Positions 1-15,000 of a DNA stretch of 64,000 nucleotides are shown one piece after another (position 1 is the stretch's first letter; the number at the start of each line of letters is the position of its first letter). The position numbers and the translations under genes are program-made. The notes under the pieces are model-generated. The model was not told the DNA's origin, did not search any database, and worked only from the letters and a program-made list of their open reading frames with translations. The DNA is from Antedon mediterranea (lineage: Eukaryota > Animalia > Echinodermata). The DNA is taken from NCBI RefSeq assembly GCF_964355755.1, contig NC_092676.1, forward strand, positions 27,298,871 to 27,362,870, given 5' to 3'.

Positions 1-3000
1 TTGATAGAGAAACTAGCTCAACACACAGCAGCAAGGCCTGAAAGGTCACAGGTTAGGTCACAGACCACTTTCCTTTTTAATTTGCTGAATTAAATCATAG
101 TTGGATAATTAAAATGCTAAATCAAATTGTATTTAAATTAAACTGTTATTTCCAGGAAGCCTCAAGAAAAAAACTATAATTAATAATATTATATAATAAT
201 AGTTTTCCCAGAATACAGAAGACAACCTGGTTATTTTGTGAACTGCACTATTTTTCGGTATATGTTGAGTGTAAACATAAAAATGGTCTTTTCTTGTAAA
301 GAACTTTTAAACAATAGCAGCATGTAATTTGTCATCAAAGTGTCTTAATAATATCCTGGACCTTAGTTTGAGTAAAATATGTAATTTAAATACAGTATGA
401 CGTTAATTATAATGTTCTTTTTTTCAGTTTAATGATCTAATACAAGAGATAAACCATTACAAGTCCAGTATTGGTTCAGAGCAGACTATAGAGGGCTTGC
501 ATTCTGATCTTTGTACAGCTTTCCACAACAATTCAACCAACATTCATTCTTTGTTAAGACGAGGCAGAGCCTGGCTTCACTCACAGCATCAGTTTATTGC
601 CAAGTTAGAAGACTCCTACCCCCTTTACAGAGACCTAATTCAACCGTTTTTAGCAGGTGTGGTGCATTTGGTATACGGGATGCAACTGATGGTTGAGACG
701 GTGGAACGGCTGTACAGAAGACTATCACTAACAATGAATAATTATCTGGTAAATGAATTTGACCTCTGTTTGACTTCCTTTTTTTTTTTTCATTTCATTT
801 ATTTCAATATCATTATCGCAGCCTTAGCTGAATTACAAAGATATTTACATTTTCTCAATATTAAAATTTGTATAAAAGTATAAAACCAATGATAATTATA
901 TATAAAAAAGGAGGCAATTTACACAAGACGTCATTGTCAAAAAGCACAGCCCTAAGATGAGCCTGTCATGTGATATCAATTATTTTACGAGATTCTTGCA
1001 CTTCTCTAGTCACATCTATGGAAATCTAGGGAGATCACATGATCTAAAGATTGATCAAGACATTTTTATGTTCAAAGATCTGCTTGTAGCATCACTTGCA
1101 ATTTAGGAAATTGTCATATGCATTAATAAAATGATATATTATTTATTAGGACACCAACTGTTTGGAAACCTTACTGCAAAACCTAGCTTGTTTTCCTATG
1201 CCTACCAATATCTATCTAACCAGTTGTAGCAGGGCCGAATTCCTGTGTAAAGAAGCAACGATGCAGACATTACTGAGCCTAACCAGAGAAAGTAATGCAA
1301 AACACCTGATTGATACTCAGAGTGGCTATAAGAACAGGTATATTGTATGATGAGTCATTACCATCATGGATTGGGTAGTATGTAGTCCAAAGCCTAAATA
1401 ACATCCAGATTATTTCAACCTAAAAGATAAATCAAAAGATAATAGATGTTTTAGTTTGTCATTTTTTATTCTGCCTAATTTAAATATTTACAACTACCAT
1501 TATAAGTTCTTTTTCATAACCTTTCCTTACGTGCACTTAAATCTGTACTGTGGAACCAATGTCAATTGGGTATATATTATACATAACTGTACAAGTTAAA
1601 TCATTATTTATTCTATAGGTTATTGAAGATTATTCTGCTGCATCTTAAGAACCATACGCTTTCATCTGGTTATTTGTCGCCCTCTGTTATGGAGCTTCTT
1701 TCAGCCATTTTATCAAGGTTTGTCAATTCCTGGCAAGAAGCTGAGGAAGCAGCTAAGAAAGAAGCAGAAGATGAAGCCAGTTTGTTCCGGTTCAAACCCA
1801 GAGTTCATTGTGAAGACATCACAGACGAAGAGCAGGAAGAATTGGAGATAAGACAGTCGTTTCCATTGTTTGATCAGGTTAGAATCTTTCTTATTTCGGC
1901 ACACTTCCAACAGTGAACACCAATAACACAAGAAGTAACAAACTTCAGCTTAGATATAGTAGCAGTGCTTTTGGCATTAACATTTGGAGAAAGTTAAACA
2001 TTATGTTAAAAGGCCAATACTGGTGTATTACATGCTTGACAGGATGGGGAAAAAGCACATGCTTGGTCATAGCTACAACTATAATGGTAGTCACAACTAG
2101 AACTATACTGTAATAGTACAGTAGCCTGAGGAAGAACCATTATGGTACACTGAGGTAGAACCATAATGGTAGTCTGAGGTAGAACCATAATGGTACCCTG
2201 AGGTAGAGCCATTATGGTACCCTGAGGTAGAACCATAATGGTAGCCTGAGGTAGAACCATAATGGTACCCTGAGGTAGAACCATAATGGTACCCTGAGGT
2301 AGAACCATAATGGTACCCTGAGGTAGAACCATAATGGTACCCTGAGGTAGAACCATAATGGTACCCTGAGGTAGAGCCATAATGGTATACTGACGTAGAA
2401 CCATAATGGTAGCCTGAGGTAGAACCATAATGGTAGCCTGAGGTAGACCCATAATGGTAGCTTGAGATAAAACCATAATGGTAGCCTGAGATAAAACCAT
2501 AATGGTACCCTGAGGTAGAACTATTATGGTAGCCTGAGGTAGAGCCATTATGGTAGCCTGAGGTATTTCCATTATGGTAGCCTGAGGTAGATCCATAATG
2601 GTAGCCTGAGGTAGATCCATAATGGTAATGCAATGGCAGTCTTTATTTGTTTTTACATTCACAGGATTTCGCAGATCTTACAGAACAACCAACACTAGAA
2701 TCTAAACCAAAGACCACAGACATTAAAGACCCCAAATCAACAAATGACAACAGCAGCAACCTGACACAATCTGAGATGTATCAATTAACACAGATCCATC
2801 AAAGTTTGTTCTGCAAATCAACTGACACTCATTGGCTAAAGGCATCGTGCAGCGTAATCAATGGGTCAGACTATTTGGAAGTGTTTCGTCATAGTTACCA
2901 ACTCTCTACTTGTCTGTTTGATGGCCAGATTGATCTACTAGGTAGGCTAAGTTTAGCGGTCATTTTGAAGGTTTTGTGCTTGTTGCCATCTTGATTGATG

Positions 3001-6000
3001 CGATTTCATTTAGTTGTTACATATATATTTATAGATCCAACTATAGATGCAAAACTCTTTGGGTCTCACCTATTTCAAAATGGACTAGTCCTAGCAGAAA
3101 TCAACTCAGAAGCACCAGTTGAGAAGATGACAAAGACTGGTACAAAACCATTTGATATATACCATGATGCTTATGTGTCCGAAGTCGTCCAGTGTAGACC
3201 AATCCTGGACAAGTTAACAGTGCGTATCAAAGAGCTGTTGGATGAATGGCCGGATCATCCCATTCTTAAACAGGTATTTTCTAAGAGCTAGTATCAACTA
3301 AATGTGTTACTTATTATGATACCAAAATCCATTTTAAGTATGTTTTTACAAATATATACTACATTTACTTGCATATCACTTACATAAATATTCCCAATGT
3401 TATAATAATAATAATATCGTGGATTTATATAGTGCCTAATGTTGTGAAACATCTAAGCGCTAAACATTATTACCCCAGTCATTTTTTGGGATCAAACACG
3501 TATGGAAACATACTCCCATAATGCAGCTAGTAATCAGCGCAAAGTTTTGTCTTGATCAAATCGGGTTCCCATTTATACACCTGAAATTTAGTTAAATGAA
3601 GATACTTTAATCAAAATTAAATATTTCTTGTAGTTGATATTGGTTATAAGACGAATTCTGTCATTTCCTGTAACGTCACCGTTAATGAAATTTGCATCTG
3701 GACTGGAACTTTTATTAGAAAAAGCTCAGGTAAGAATGGAAAGATTGTACCAGGAACTTTTGTTTGACTTATATAAATAATATTAACTATAAAACAAATA
3801 CAATCAACTCTCCCAATACCAGACTCTCTACAACTGAAATCTCTCCCAATACAAGACTTTACTTGAGTCCAAAAGGTCACAAATTCTTTCTTTCCATTAA
3901 AAATACATTCTTTTACCAGACTTTCCAGAAACCAGGTAAGGAACCATATAGATTTGTTTTGAAGTTTTCAGATTTTTCATTTTTATTTTAGGAATGGGAA
4001 AGAAATGCAAGTAAATCTGTATCGTTACAAGATCACCTGGAGAGCATCACACACATGATCATACAATGGCGAAAACTAGAATTAAAGTATGGGCACAAAT
4101 GATAGTATTATATTGAAAGTTTTGGGGTAGCAACAGTGTGTTTTTCTTCCTTACTGATATAACCTTTCTCTCAATGTTTTTGCTTATTTTAATCATTTTA
4201 CCATTCTTAAATATAGGTCGTGGGAGTCCTGTCTAGAAACTGTAACTTACACCGCATCAGAGATGTCTTCCAAGTGGTGGTTCCATCTTTACCAACTCAT
4301 TCAGTCATTCTTGTCACTTGACTTGGATGACCTTTCAACTGATCAGGATGTTCCAAAGCCTTCTGGGATACAAGATGTTGTAAGAACTCTTCAGCAGTTC
4401 ATGGAAGGAGCAACAATTGGAGATTTTGAGTCTAGGTTGAACATGTTGCTGGCGTTTCATTGTCAAGTTGTTCATCATTCCAATACGGATAAAAGAGGTT
4501 AGTAATATATTGATAATTAATTACCTAATATCATTGACAAGGAACAAATTTAAGTTTACAATATTGTACTTGGTATACTTCGGTTATGTATGTTGTCATG
4601 ATCCGATGAGGAATTAATATGAATTGGGCACACTTTTCTTTATTTGATTTGTTTCAATTTCAGTTGAAATGATAAATGCCCTTTGGAATGTCTACAAGTT
4701 CTATCAGCAGTTCTTAGTAGCTGTACAAACTGAAGTAGAGAAACAAAAGAAATCAATTGAGAAGGAATTAAAGGTAAAGTATATGAATTTGGAAAGTAAA
4801 ATTAATTGTACATATTCGACTTGGAGAAATATATATTATTTATTTAATTAGACTGTAAACAAACCCACCTCTTACATCTGAGTGAGCAAAATGTGTGTTA
4901 TTTTTTTCTCAGGATTTTGTAAAGATTGCAAAATGGAATGACATCAACTTCTGGGCAATGAAGGAGGCTGTAGCCAAAACACACAAAACATTGCACAAAT
5001 TTAGCAAAAAATTCCAGGTGAATATGCAAATGAATTAATCTTTTGTTGAGGATTGAATTGATCAGTTAGCTCAGTCGCCTGAGCGTCGTGTTGACAACAC
5101 GTATGTCGTGGGTTCGATTCCCACGCTGGTCGGTGAAATAGAGTTAAAGGCATGCGACCACTGTGTTTGGGGTTCACAGAATTATACGTCCCCCTTTCCA
5201 CTACACATCATGAGGCGACAACATCAATGCATCTGGTGAGGTGCTGGAAACGACCCCAAAAGGCTGTGGCAGGGCCTTAGTGCTGAGGCAGGGAGAGCAC
5301 ATTTAACATCTTTGGGCCCTACATTGTTTGCATTATATATAAATGACCTACCAAAGTATGTGTCTAGTCATATAAAGCTATTTGCTGATGATACAAAGAT
5401 CTACTCAATAGTTAACAGAAATGATGGACAATTATTACAAGAATCTTTAAACAATGCACTGCAGTGGAGTAAAGAATGGATGTTAGCTTTTAATAAAAGC
5501 AAATGTAGGGTGATGCACTTCGGACATTCAAATGTTCATTTTAAATACCTAATAAATGAAGTTGAACTGGAAACAGTTGAGAAAATAAAGGACCTAGGAG
5601 TACTAATTACTAATGACTGTAAACCAAGCCAACACTGCGCCAAAGTATCTCAGCGGGCCATGAACTGTTTAAGAAGCATCAGAAGGACTTTCGTATATAT
5701 GGATAAGGATTGTTTTAACGTCATCTACAAGCATTATGTACGCCCTCATCTCGAATTTTGTGTTCAAGTATGGAATCCGTATCTTCAAAAGGACATAAAT
5801 GTAATTGAAAGAGTACAACGTTGTGCGACTAAATTAGTTCCATGTATCCGTTCATATTCATATGAAGATCGACTAAAGCTTCTTGGCCTAACAACCTTGT
5901 ACGACAGAAGAATTCGAGGTGACCTGATTGAAGCATATAAAATTGTTAAAGATTTCGAGGGTGTAGCCAAGGATGACTTTTTCCAAATGAGAAGTAACAT

Positions 6001-9000
6001 TAGCCGAATTACTCGAGGACATCACCTGAGATTTTTCAAGCCTATTTTCCATAAAGGATTGCACTGTAGAAGACATACCTTCTCGCAACGAGTAATAAAC
6101 CATTGGAACAGTTTATCAGCTGACGTTGTTAATTCTGAGACCACTAACACCTTCAAGAATCGCATCGACACAATGTAGTTGATATGGGGTTAAAAAGGCA
6201 TTCGCCTAAACTTTCCCATTATAACTAAACTAAACTAAACTGAGATACATTTTTTTGCATTATTTTAAATTGCATATAGTTAGCTTTCTCTTATGTTTAA
6301 AGATTTAATTTGTTGACCTTGTTTTACAGACGTCCCTAAACAGTCTTGCTAGATCAGCATTTTCTGATGAAAATATTCCAAAAGAAATGGAGACAACTAT
6401 GACAACCAAAGCAAATTACATCTCACCCGAAAATCTGAAGGTACTTTGAATTAAAGAATATTGACCAATAGCAGGGCATGGTTTTAACTATTAACCAATC
6501 AGTGTGAATTAATTTAACTGTACTATAATATACTAAAATAAAACTGTATTTACTTCTGAATTTAACACATTAATTTTGATTCTCTTTCACCAGGTATACT
6601 TCAATCTGCCGTATCAAGATCATTTACATACAGGTGACCAGCCTAGTTTACAGAGTAGGCTCCCGTTCCTATTTACACGCATGAGTAAGCTGTGTAAACG
6701 CATCTTCCGTGAGTCTCCATACAAACGCCTGACAGCATCATTGGAAGAGTTCACCACTTCTGTTGTAACCACAATACATGATCTCCAGGCCCTAGATGTT
6801 ACCAAGGTTAGTTTTTAGCCATTACAGTTTTATGGGTGAGAGGTCCGACATTAACATTCTTCTTATTGAGAACGCTGTCAACAAAATAGTAATATGAATT
6901 CTCTAATTGTATTGGATTCAAGATGAACCTTTTATGTGGACGTGATCTCGCATATATTTTATTTTGGTCCGGTATATTAAAATGCTGTTATTCACTTCTT
7001 ATTTTTAGCATGAAGATAAAGAAAAACAAAAGTCTGAAGCTAAGCACATCAACTTAAGGAAGAGAAAGGCTTTAGCCACTCTTTTTAAGGAGTTTACCAG
7101 AGCAGGTAATTATTTATTTATTCATTGTCTGCTATTGTCAAGATTTCGGTTTCGTTTTCATGGCAAAATGAATGTTAGAAATATTAGATAAATTTCTAGA
7201 CTTTAGTAATAAACCTGAAGATGTTCTTATTGGCTTTTCTTACGCTGTTATTAAGGTTTTGTGCTAGGGAGTTTGATTAGGCTTCTTTTCTAAATGTATA
7301 TACCAAGACTTCTAAAACAATTTAACTTTATTCTATTTTAAAAGGCTTGTCCTACCGTAAAGGTCTGACCCTTTGTGAGAAGCTCAAGACAGATGCTACC
7401 ATGGAAACATCTGCAATTGACCTGGCTGTTGCCCTCAAAGAAGACAAGTAAAAATTGAAATTTATTAATTGAATTATATTGTTTATTCTTAAATGTTCTG
7501 TTACAATGTTTATTAATTTATTAATTTGTGTGCTCCAATGCTTGTGCCATCTATAATGAGTGAGTTACTCTGCCTGTACTTGAATATGTTTTCATTTTGT
7601 AGTGAATCGGATTGCACTGTTAGCCTGTGGCAAGGATGCGACTATTACTTCTACAGATGCATTGCAAGAAAGGCAACTTTATTCACTGCGATGGACACGC
7701 CGTCAAAAGTAAGACCAACATCAATCTAGGTTTAATTTTAATAAGTTTAACTCTCTACATAAACAGAGCAGAATGGGTATTAGTATCATTTTCTTAAACA
7801 TTGTTTTTGACTCTTGCATAAAATAAATTTAAATTAAATTTTATAGGAGCTTGGCATAGGTAACATTGATAGGTGTCGTGGTTTCTCGGAGCACATATTC
7901 TCAATTGTCACAAAACAACGTCAACAGATAGCGGAAGTGACTGCAGACTTTGATCATATTAGGCAAGTTATGCTCCGAATCACTCTGTTATTATTTGTGT
8001 AGTTGATATTTTTTTTTTCTTAGAGCTTGGAACTTCTGTTTTACTTTATCATATTGATTTATTTTTATCTCCATTGTGAAGTCCAGCCACTGATACCCAC
8101 AGCATACCCATAGTAATTATATATAATAATTTGCCTTTGTATTCAATTATATTCAGGTATTTATGTCAGCAACTGCAAAGGATTGGTACTCCAACTGATT
8201 CTGGTTTTAATCCAAGTCTACCAGACCAGACAGTTGCATCACATCGTATATTTTCCCTCCAAAATCTACTCTGCCAAGCTGATGAAACCTTCATCCAGAT
8301 TGAAATGTTACTTGACTGCTGCCCTCTTATGAATGCTGTTGATGTAGAATCTGTCCGCATTCCATTCCCACGTAACAAACTGTCAGCAATGAGTAGAGCA
8401 AGGAAAGGCGATTACACCTGGGCAAGGATTATGAGTTCTATAAAGGTAAATATGAACAGAAAATAACAAACCAAACAAAAAAAAAGTCTTGGCAAACCTT
8501 TATTTTCAATAATGTCCGTTAGATACAAACAACCAATATTTAAAAGGAAGGAAGAAAAAGTTGTTTTCATAAGTATTAACAAAACACCAATATTTCTCTT
8601 GTCATAATCTTTTGACCTTTGACCAATAAATTGTTTTCAGGAAATGAGGGAACGTGTTGATTCAATGAAGAAGGTGATCAATCCAATTTCTAAGACGTTG
8701 CACCAAGAAGATGGACACCATATTATAACGTGGTAAGTATGTTGTCTGTATAATACAAACAACTAGTGTAGTGCATTACAACGTTAAATATATTAATAAT
8801 AATTAAACCATTTGTCAGTGACTTCTCAATGACTGTCGATTCTTTTTTGATACTTAGGCATGATGTCCAAATATTACAAAGCACAGTCATTATGCTGAAG
8901 GCCCTATCACCTGAGTTGTCTGATGTACTAGCTGCTTTCACCCTTCCTGACACCCAAGAAGAGTCCCCTCTGATGTTTTCCTTATCCTGCCTAAAGAATG

Positions 9001-12000
9001 CTATTGATAACATTGAGGAAGTATTGGAAACAGAGGACATGAACAAATCAAGTGAATATTACATATTATATTATTGATTATTATTGATCTTATTAATATA
9101 CTGTGGTTTATTGATATGTGGTTCCTTGACAACTGAAGAAGTCAAGCTGACAGCTGACAGACAAAACTGTCTTGCAAACCTAAGTTTACACGTGACTATG
9201 TGGCGTAGGTTTTTTTTTATATGATACTCGCCCTGTAAGCGAGAGGTTGCAGGTTCGAATCCCGCCAGAGACATTTTTTCATACAACTAAAAAATACGGA
9301 ACTTTCGCCAATGAGCTATGCTCGACGCGATTATGAGATCATGTTCCGAATATGAGCACTGTTTCTATAATTTACAGTATGATTTATATATATATATATA
9401 TACAAATTTGTTATATTTATAATAATGTACACTGATTTGTTACTGAGCTATGGAGAATTTTTTTTTTTCCGAAATAAAAGATGAATGAATGAATTACTGG
9501 TTTACTATCAAGGAACTACATATCAATATACTATCGAAACCAGAAGAAATGTTTTCACTATTGTGGTTTTGTAATATCTTTTGGTAGTCTAATCGATTGT
9601 ATTTAAAGGGAAATCAGAGTTTAAAGCTAATATTAAGAAAGCTTGAGCATCCAGTAAGCAGACATCCTTGAAACAGGCGTTTGGATGAATCTCCGTTTAT
9701 GAGATGTTTCCACAAATTGAAGTTTAACTGTAATACAATTATTTGTATCCAAATGAATTATAACACCACTCGTTTTTTGGTAGTGGTGAAAGTGGCATTG
9801 TTAAATAAGCTATTATTCTTAAGAACATTTGTGATTGTATGGTAATTCTTTTGGTCACGAATGCGATTACACTTTGTACTATAGGTCATAATAATGAAGA
9901 GAGTGAGAATATGAATGATGCATTTCAACACTCAGTAGAAGGTCTTCTCAGTCAAGTCCTGCTGACTGTCCAAAATCTCCAGAAGATGTCTACTGCAAAT
10001 ATAAATTCTGAACAAAAACAGGAAGATGAAGAATCAAAAGAAGGTACAATACACAATTTTCCAATATGTATTTTTAGGCCTGTATTAATGAAATTATTGC
10101 CCATATTTGTAAAATTTAGTTAAGTATAATTTATGTTAAAGGGGCTGGACTTGATTAGTGTTTACACTATTTTCTAGCTCATTCCTTATGTTTTAAAATG
10201 TAATATTATTTATCATTGTAAAACAAAATATTATTTGGAAAATAAGTTGAAGTTGAACTAGTTATTACTGTGGTTCAAAATTAAATTTCTTTTCTGAAGT
10301 AAATAATTTAATTTATCAGATTTGAATGAAGAGAATGCACCTGAGCTGGTTGAAAAACATGTGAAACTATTGACCAATGGGCTTGCAGATAGCAAACAGT
10401 GTATGGACAGTGAAAACATTAAAAAGGCTTTGAAAACAGTCGTAACAGATTTGGTTCAGATGCATACAAACAACATTGACAGTGAAGTAAATAGAATGGT
10501 ATTCAATTCAATATTTATATTGGAAAAAGTCCATTTTCACAATAAAATTAATACAAATTACTATTGCTATATTTGTAGTTTAGATAAATTATGATATTAC
10601 AATTTACGAAATGTTATTGCTCATTTTACAGGATACCAGCAACTGTGTAGCTGTTTTACTAAGACTGGTACCCATAATGCATCAGTATTTGCAACTCGTT
10701 AAGTACTACCTGCACCAAATGGTGTCTGCACACCGTACCACCAGTAAGCTGCTTTCCATACTGCTTGGTGTATTTACAGAGTTGGCAACTAAGGTTGGTA
10801 TTCTTACAGAACATATTTCCCATTGAAAATAAGTCGCCAACTTATTGGGTTATCCTGATATTCGTTTAAACTATTTGTTTTTTACTTGTAGTGGAAATAA
10901 AATCAATCAATCTATGGCATTTAATTCTTGAAGAGATTTAGAAAACAAAATAAATTTATCTTTGCAGGGATTTTGCATACCACCTGAGTTTAGTGATGAA
11001 ATCGGTGAGGGTGGAGCTACAGAGTTTGATGACATAGAAGGAGGGGGCATCGGAGCTGGTGAAGGTGTAAAAGATGTCAGTGACCAAATTGAAAATGAGG
11101 ACCAAGTCCAAGACACGAAAAAGGCAGGTGATAAGGATGAAGAAGATGATATTCAAAACCAACCCGACTTGGAAGATGAAGAGCATGGCATCGAGATGTC
11201 AGAGGATTTTGAAGGAAAATTACATGATGTAGATAAACAAGGTATACATTTTTTTTTTGTCTATGAAAAAAAAAATTCTACTCTTACGTAGGAAGATGGT
11301 TTGAACAAGTACGTACGTCTTCAGATCACTTGTTAATACCACTGTGTAACTATCGTTCACACCTCTAGACCACAAGCACGTACGTCTTCAGATCACTTGT
11401 TAATACCACTGTGTAACTATCGTTCATACCTCTAGACCACAAGCAAGTACTGCAATGATGTCTTATTGTAATAACTGATATTTAACTGATACATCTGTCT
11501 CAAGTTAATTTGTCAACCTTTTTCTAATTGTTAATGGATAAGAGTTGAATTGTATTTATTTTTACTGTAATATTATTTATATAATTATTTTTTACAGAAG
11601 TTGATGAGTCTGGTAACGAAAGTGAAGGTGACGACGAGAATAAACTTGATAAGCAGATGGGAGATCTCGGCAATGAAGAGACTGATAAGCTTGATGAACG
11701 TATATGGGGTGATGACGAGGATGAGGAAGATGAAGAGAAGGATAAAGAAAAGAAGGATGAGTATGGAGATGGTGCTGGAGAGGAACAGCAATCGGAACTG
11801 GTGGCTAAAGATGATAATCAAGGTACTTTATAAAGCCCATGTAAAACTTGATAACATTTCTCTTTGCTTTTTCAAAAGATAATATTTGTACTAGTTACTT
11901 TACTGTGATTTATTTCTAGGTGATGATTCAGAAGATAAACAACAAAATAAGGAAACTAAGGAAGAAACTAAGGATGGAGAAGATGAAAAAGAAAACCCAA

Positions 12001-15000
12001 ATCCTAACAATCTAGAACCAATGGATGAGGTAAGCAAAAAAAAAATTAATTGTTAATATATTATGCTACAGTTTAACCTCTAATTAACCCATAATTTGAC
12101 ACACCTTGAGTGTGGAATTTATCCATTATTTTTATTGATTATTTGTTTTTGACTTTATTTTAGGAAGAATACAATGATGATGTAGATCCAAAGCAAGCCA
12201 ATGACCCTCCACCAGAGGTCACACCAGATGATCTTAACCTTCCAGATGATCTGGATCTTGACCAAATGAAAGATGGAGATGGGAGTGATGAAGAGAAGGA
12301 AGGTGAAGACAACGGTAAGTGGATTTCCAGTCAAGTATCTCCTGCCTTTAGTCATTTTAAATTACAGTTCTTATAAAAGAAAATGATAATTTAATAATAA
12401 TTTTAATAAATAATTGTTTTGTGTTTAAAATGTTTCAGAGGCAAATCCATTAGATATTGAACCAGAAATTCCTGATATTGAAAACAACAATCTGGAAGAT
12501 GATGATGAAGAGAATATGGATGAAGGTGAAAACAAAGGAGATGACAACAATGATCAAAAAGATGATGAAGAGATGAAAGATCTTGAAGATCAAGAGGAAG
12601 GACCAAATGATGGCGGAAAAGGTGTAGAGGCTCAGGTGAAATATTTTTTATTGGAATTGTAATTCAGTTTCTTCCAAAAGTTTGTATCGGCTTATTGGGA
12701 TTCAAAATAAACACAGTGATTGATTGTTTAGTGTATTGATTATTTTTTATTTATCAGGAAAATGAAGAAGAACCATCTGCTGAAGATGACCCAACATCAG
12801 AGTCTGTTCCAGATCAGTCCCACAATACTGAGCAAATGCCAGAAGCTGCCGAACAACTTGGAAAATCACATGAGGAAACGGATCAAGTGAACAAGGATAC
12901 TGGTGGAGAAGATGAGGCGGGTAAATCAGAGGAGAAAGAAAAAGAAGAGGTAATGTTGGATTGATGAATATGTGATTTAATCTGTCCAGGCCAATACAAT
13001 ATGAATTTTCTAATACACTGTATTTATATACGCAAATGGCTATATACACTAATGGTTTGTTATATAAACTAATGGTTTGTTATAATACACTAATGGCTAT
13101 ATACACTTATGGTTTGTCATAATATACACTATAATAGCTATATACACTGATGGCTATATAAACTAAAGGCTATATACACTAATAGCTATTTACACAAACA
13201 GGAGCATGGAACTGGATCATCACAAGCTGAACAATCTGAAGGGCACGAAGGGGATAAATTATCGCAGGTTACAAAGCAAGATAAACAAGAAAAGGACCGT
13301 CATCGTAAGCGACCAAGCCAATCGGATTCAGATCGTACGTTGGGTTCAACAGAAGAGAAAACACACAAACGTCTAAAAACAATTGATGAGACAAAAGATG
13401 ACAAGAACAGAATTGATGAAAAGGTATTTTTAATTCTTAAGTCTTTACACAAATGTCGTGCAAAGCCCCGAGAAGAGACGCAAGCTACAATCACTTTGTA
13501 CTTCATGTTTGATTACACAATGGCTCATGAATTATTGGGAGATAGGATGCAGTTGCAATTTCAGCCTGGGCCATAAAATCCACTGTTCCTTCCTCTCCAT
13601 TATAGGGCCACTAAAGGCAGTGTTTTCGCAGCCAAAACAAAATTATTGGTTAATTTGTTAACCACTCATGATCAGTCATTACCAAACAACCAGGTGCCCA
13701 ATCATGACTTAACAATTTGTCCTTCAGGTCAAAGGTTAACAATTATCGCATTTTAACAACAAATATGAGAATATGAGAAAATAATAAAATGTTTTAAAAT
13801 CTATAGCAATCTGAAGAAGCAGACATCTTTGAACATGTGAAAGAAGCAACCAATCAGGATGTCCAAACCTTGGATGCTGCAACCAATGAACAGCAAGCTG
13901 AACAGCCCTTCCTTAATGCAGATAATGATGATAGTGATATTGACGACATGGAGACTGATGATAATGTGTTACCACATCAGGACGAAGAAGATGAGAAGGT
14001 AATGATAATCTAAATCAAAATATTGATCCATCTAAGCGTGGTTCCCACTAGCGATGCAATGCAACACAAACTACGCAACAAAAGAAAATTCCCTCCAAAA
14101 ATTGTGTTGCCCCATCTACACGTGAAATAAACCTGCTTAGTTGCCGTAGTCTTTGACCTGGTTCATCCCGACTATTTGACTTCGCGCTATAATATGTTTC
14201 TCCTGTGTTCTTGCATTGTTTTGTCTGAAATCAAGCTGATTTGATTTCTCAATGTTTGCAGAACTGTTGCATTGTCGGTTCCCACTAGTGATTATACAAT
14301 TGTAATAATAATCATTGTTGCGTTGTGTTCTAATGGGAACCATGCTTAACTAATGTGAAAACTAAAGTGTCATAATGTAGTGGTGCTTTAATTATAAAGC
14401 AAATCTCAATAGAGTCGAGAATTGATCCACAATTCTGGAATTGCTAAGCTGACTACTAAGCAGCAGTTTCAAGTAGTTTATATTTTTTGTATGTTTTTGA
14501 AATTTGAAAAAATTTTATAACACAGGTGCGAAATAACTTTAATATTTTAGTTTTTTTTTGTTGTGATAGGAAATAGAAAAGATGGATACAGTTCCACCAT
14601 CAAAGCTAAAAAATCAACAGAACAATAAAGAAGTAGCGAAATTAGATGATGTATTACCCGATGATGAAGAAGTAAAAGAAGATTTAAGAGAAGGTAAAGA
14701 TAAGTTTGAGAACATTTAGAGGAAAGATGTAATGAGTATTTCAGTTCTTTAAAAAAGCGTAATCAAATTTCAGTATATTTAGGGAATGTGAATTGAACGT
14801 AATTTCTTAAGCGCTGTCTACATTATCAAACTTTATGTGACAACAAAATGTGATGTGTCGATATATAGACATGATGACTACCATATTTACGCATATCACT
14901 ACCATATTTGGGCACATCTTTTTTGTTTGTTTTTGATACAGATCTTTAGCTGAAAATAACATCGCCTCTATTCCTACCATCACTTGATCTCTTTAAATGG

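Noticed and set aside
2006-2662. Repetitive ORFs (YHYGSTSG)n and (TIMVLPQG)n on the minus strand
   Set aside because: They are by-products of a 24-bp (multiple of 3) minisatellite inside an MDN1 intron. Two frames are open at once and there is no independent gene structure.
5060-5132. Functional tRNA gene
   Set aside because: The D-loop is atypical, there is no oligo-T terminator, and it continues into a SINE-like body. Treated as a SINE head.
11309-11447. Possible hammerhead (CTGAAGA on the minus strand) in the 68-bp duplication
   Set aside because: No correctly placed GAAA core or supporting stems could be found.
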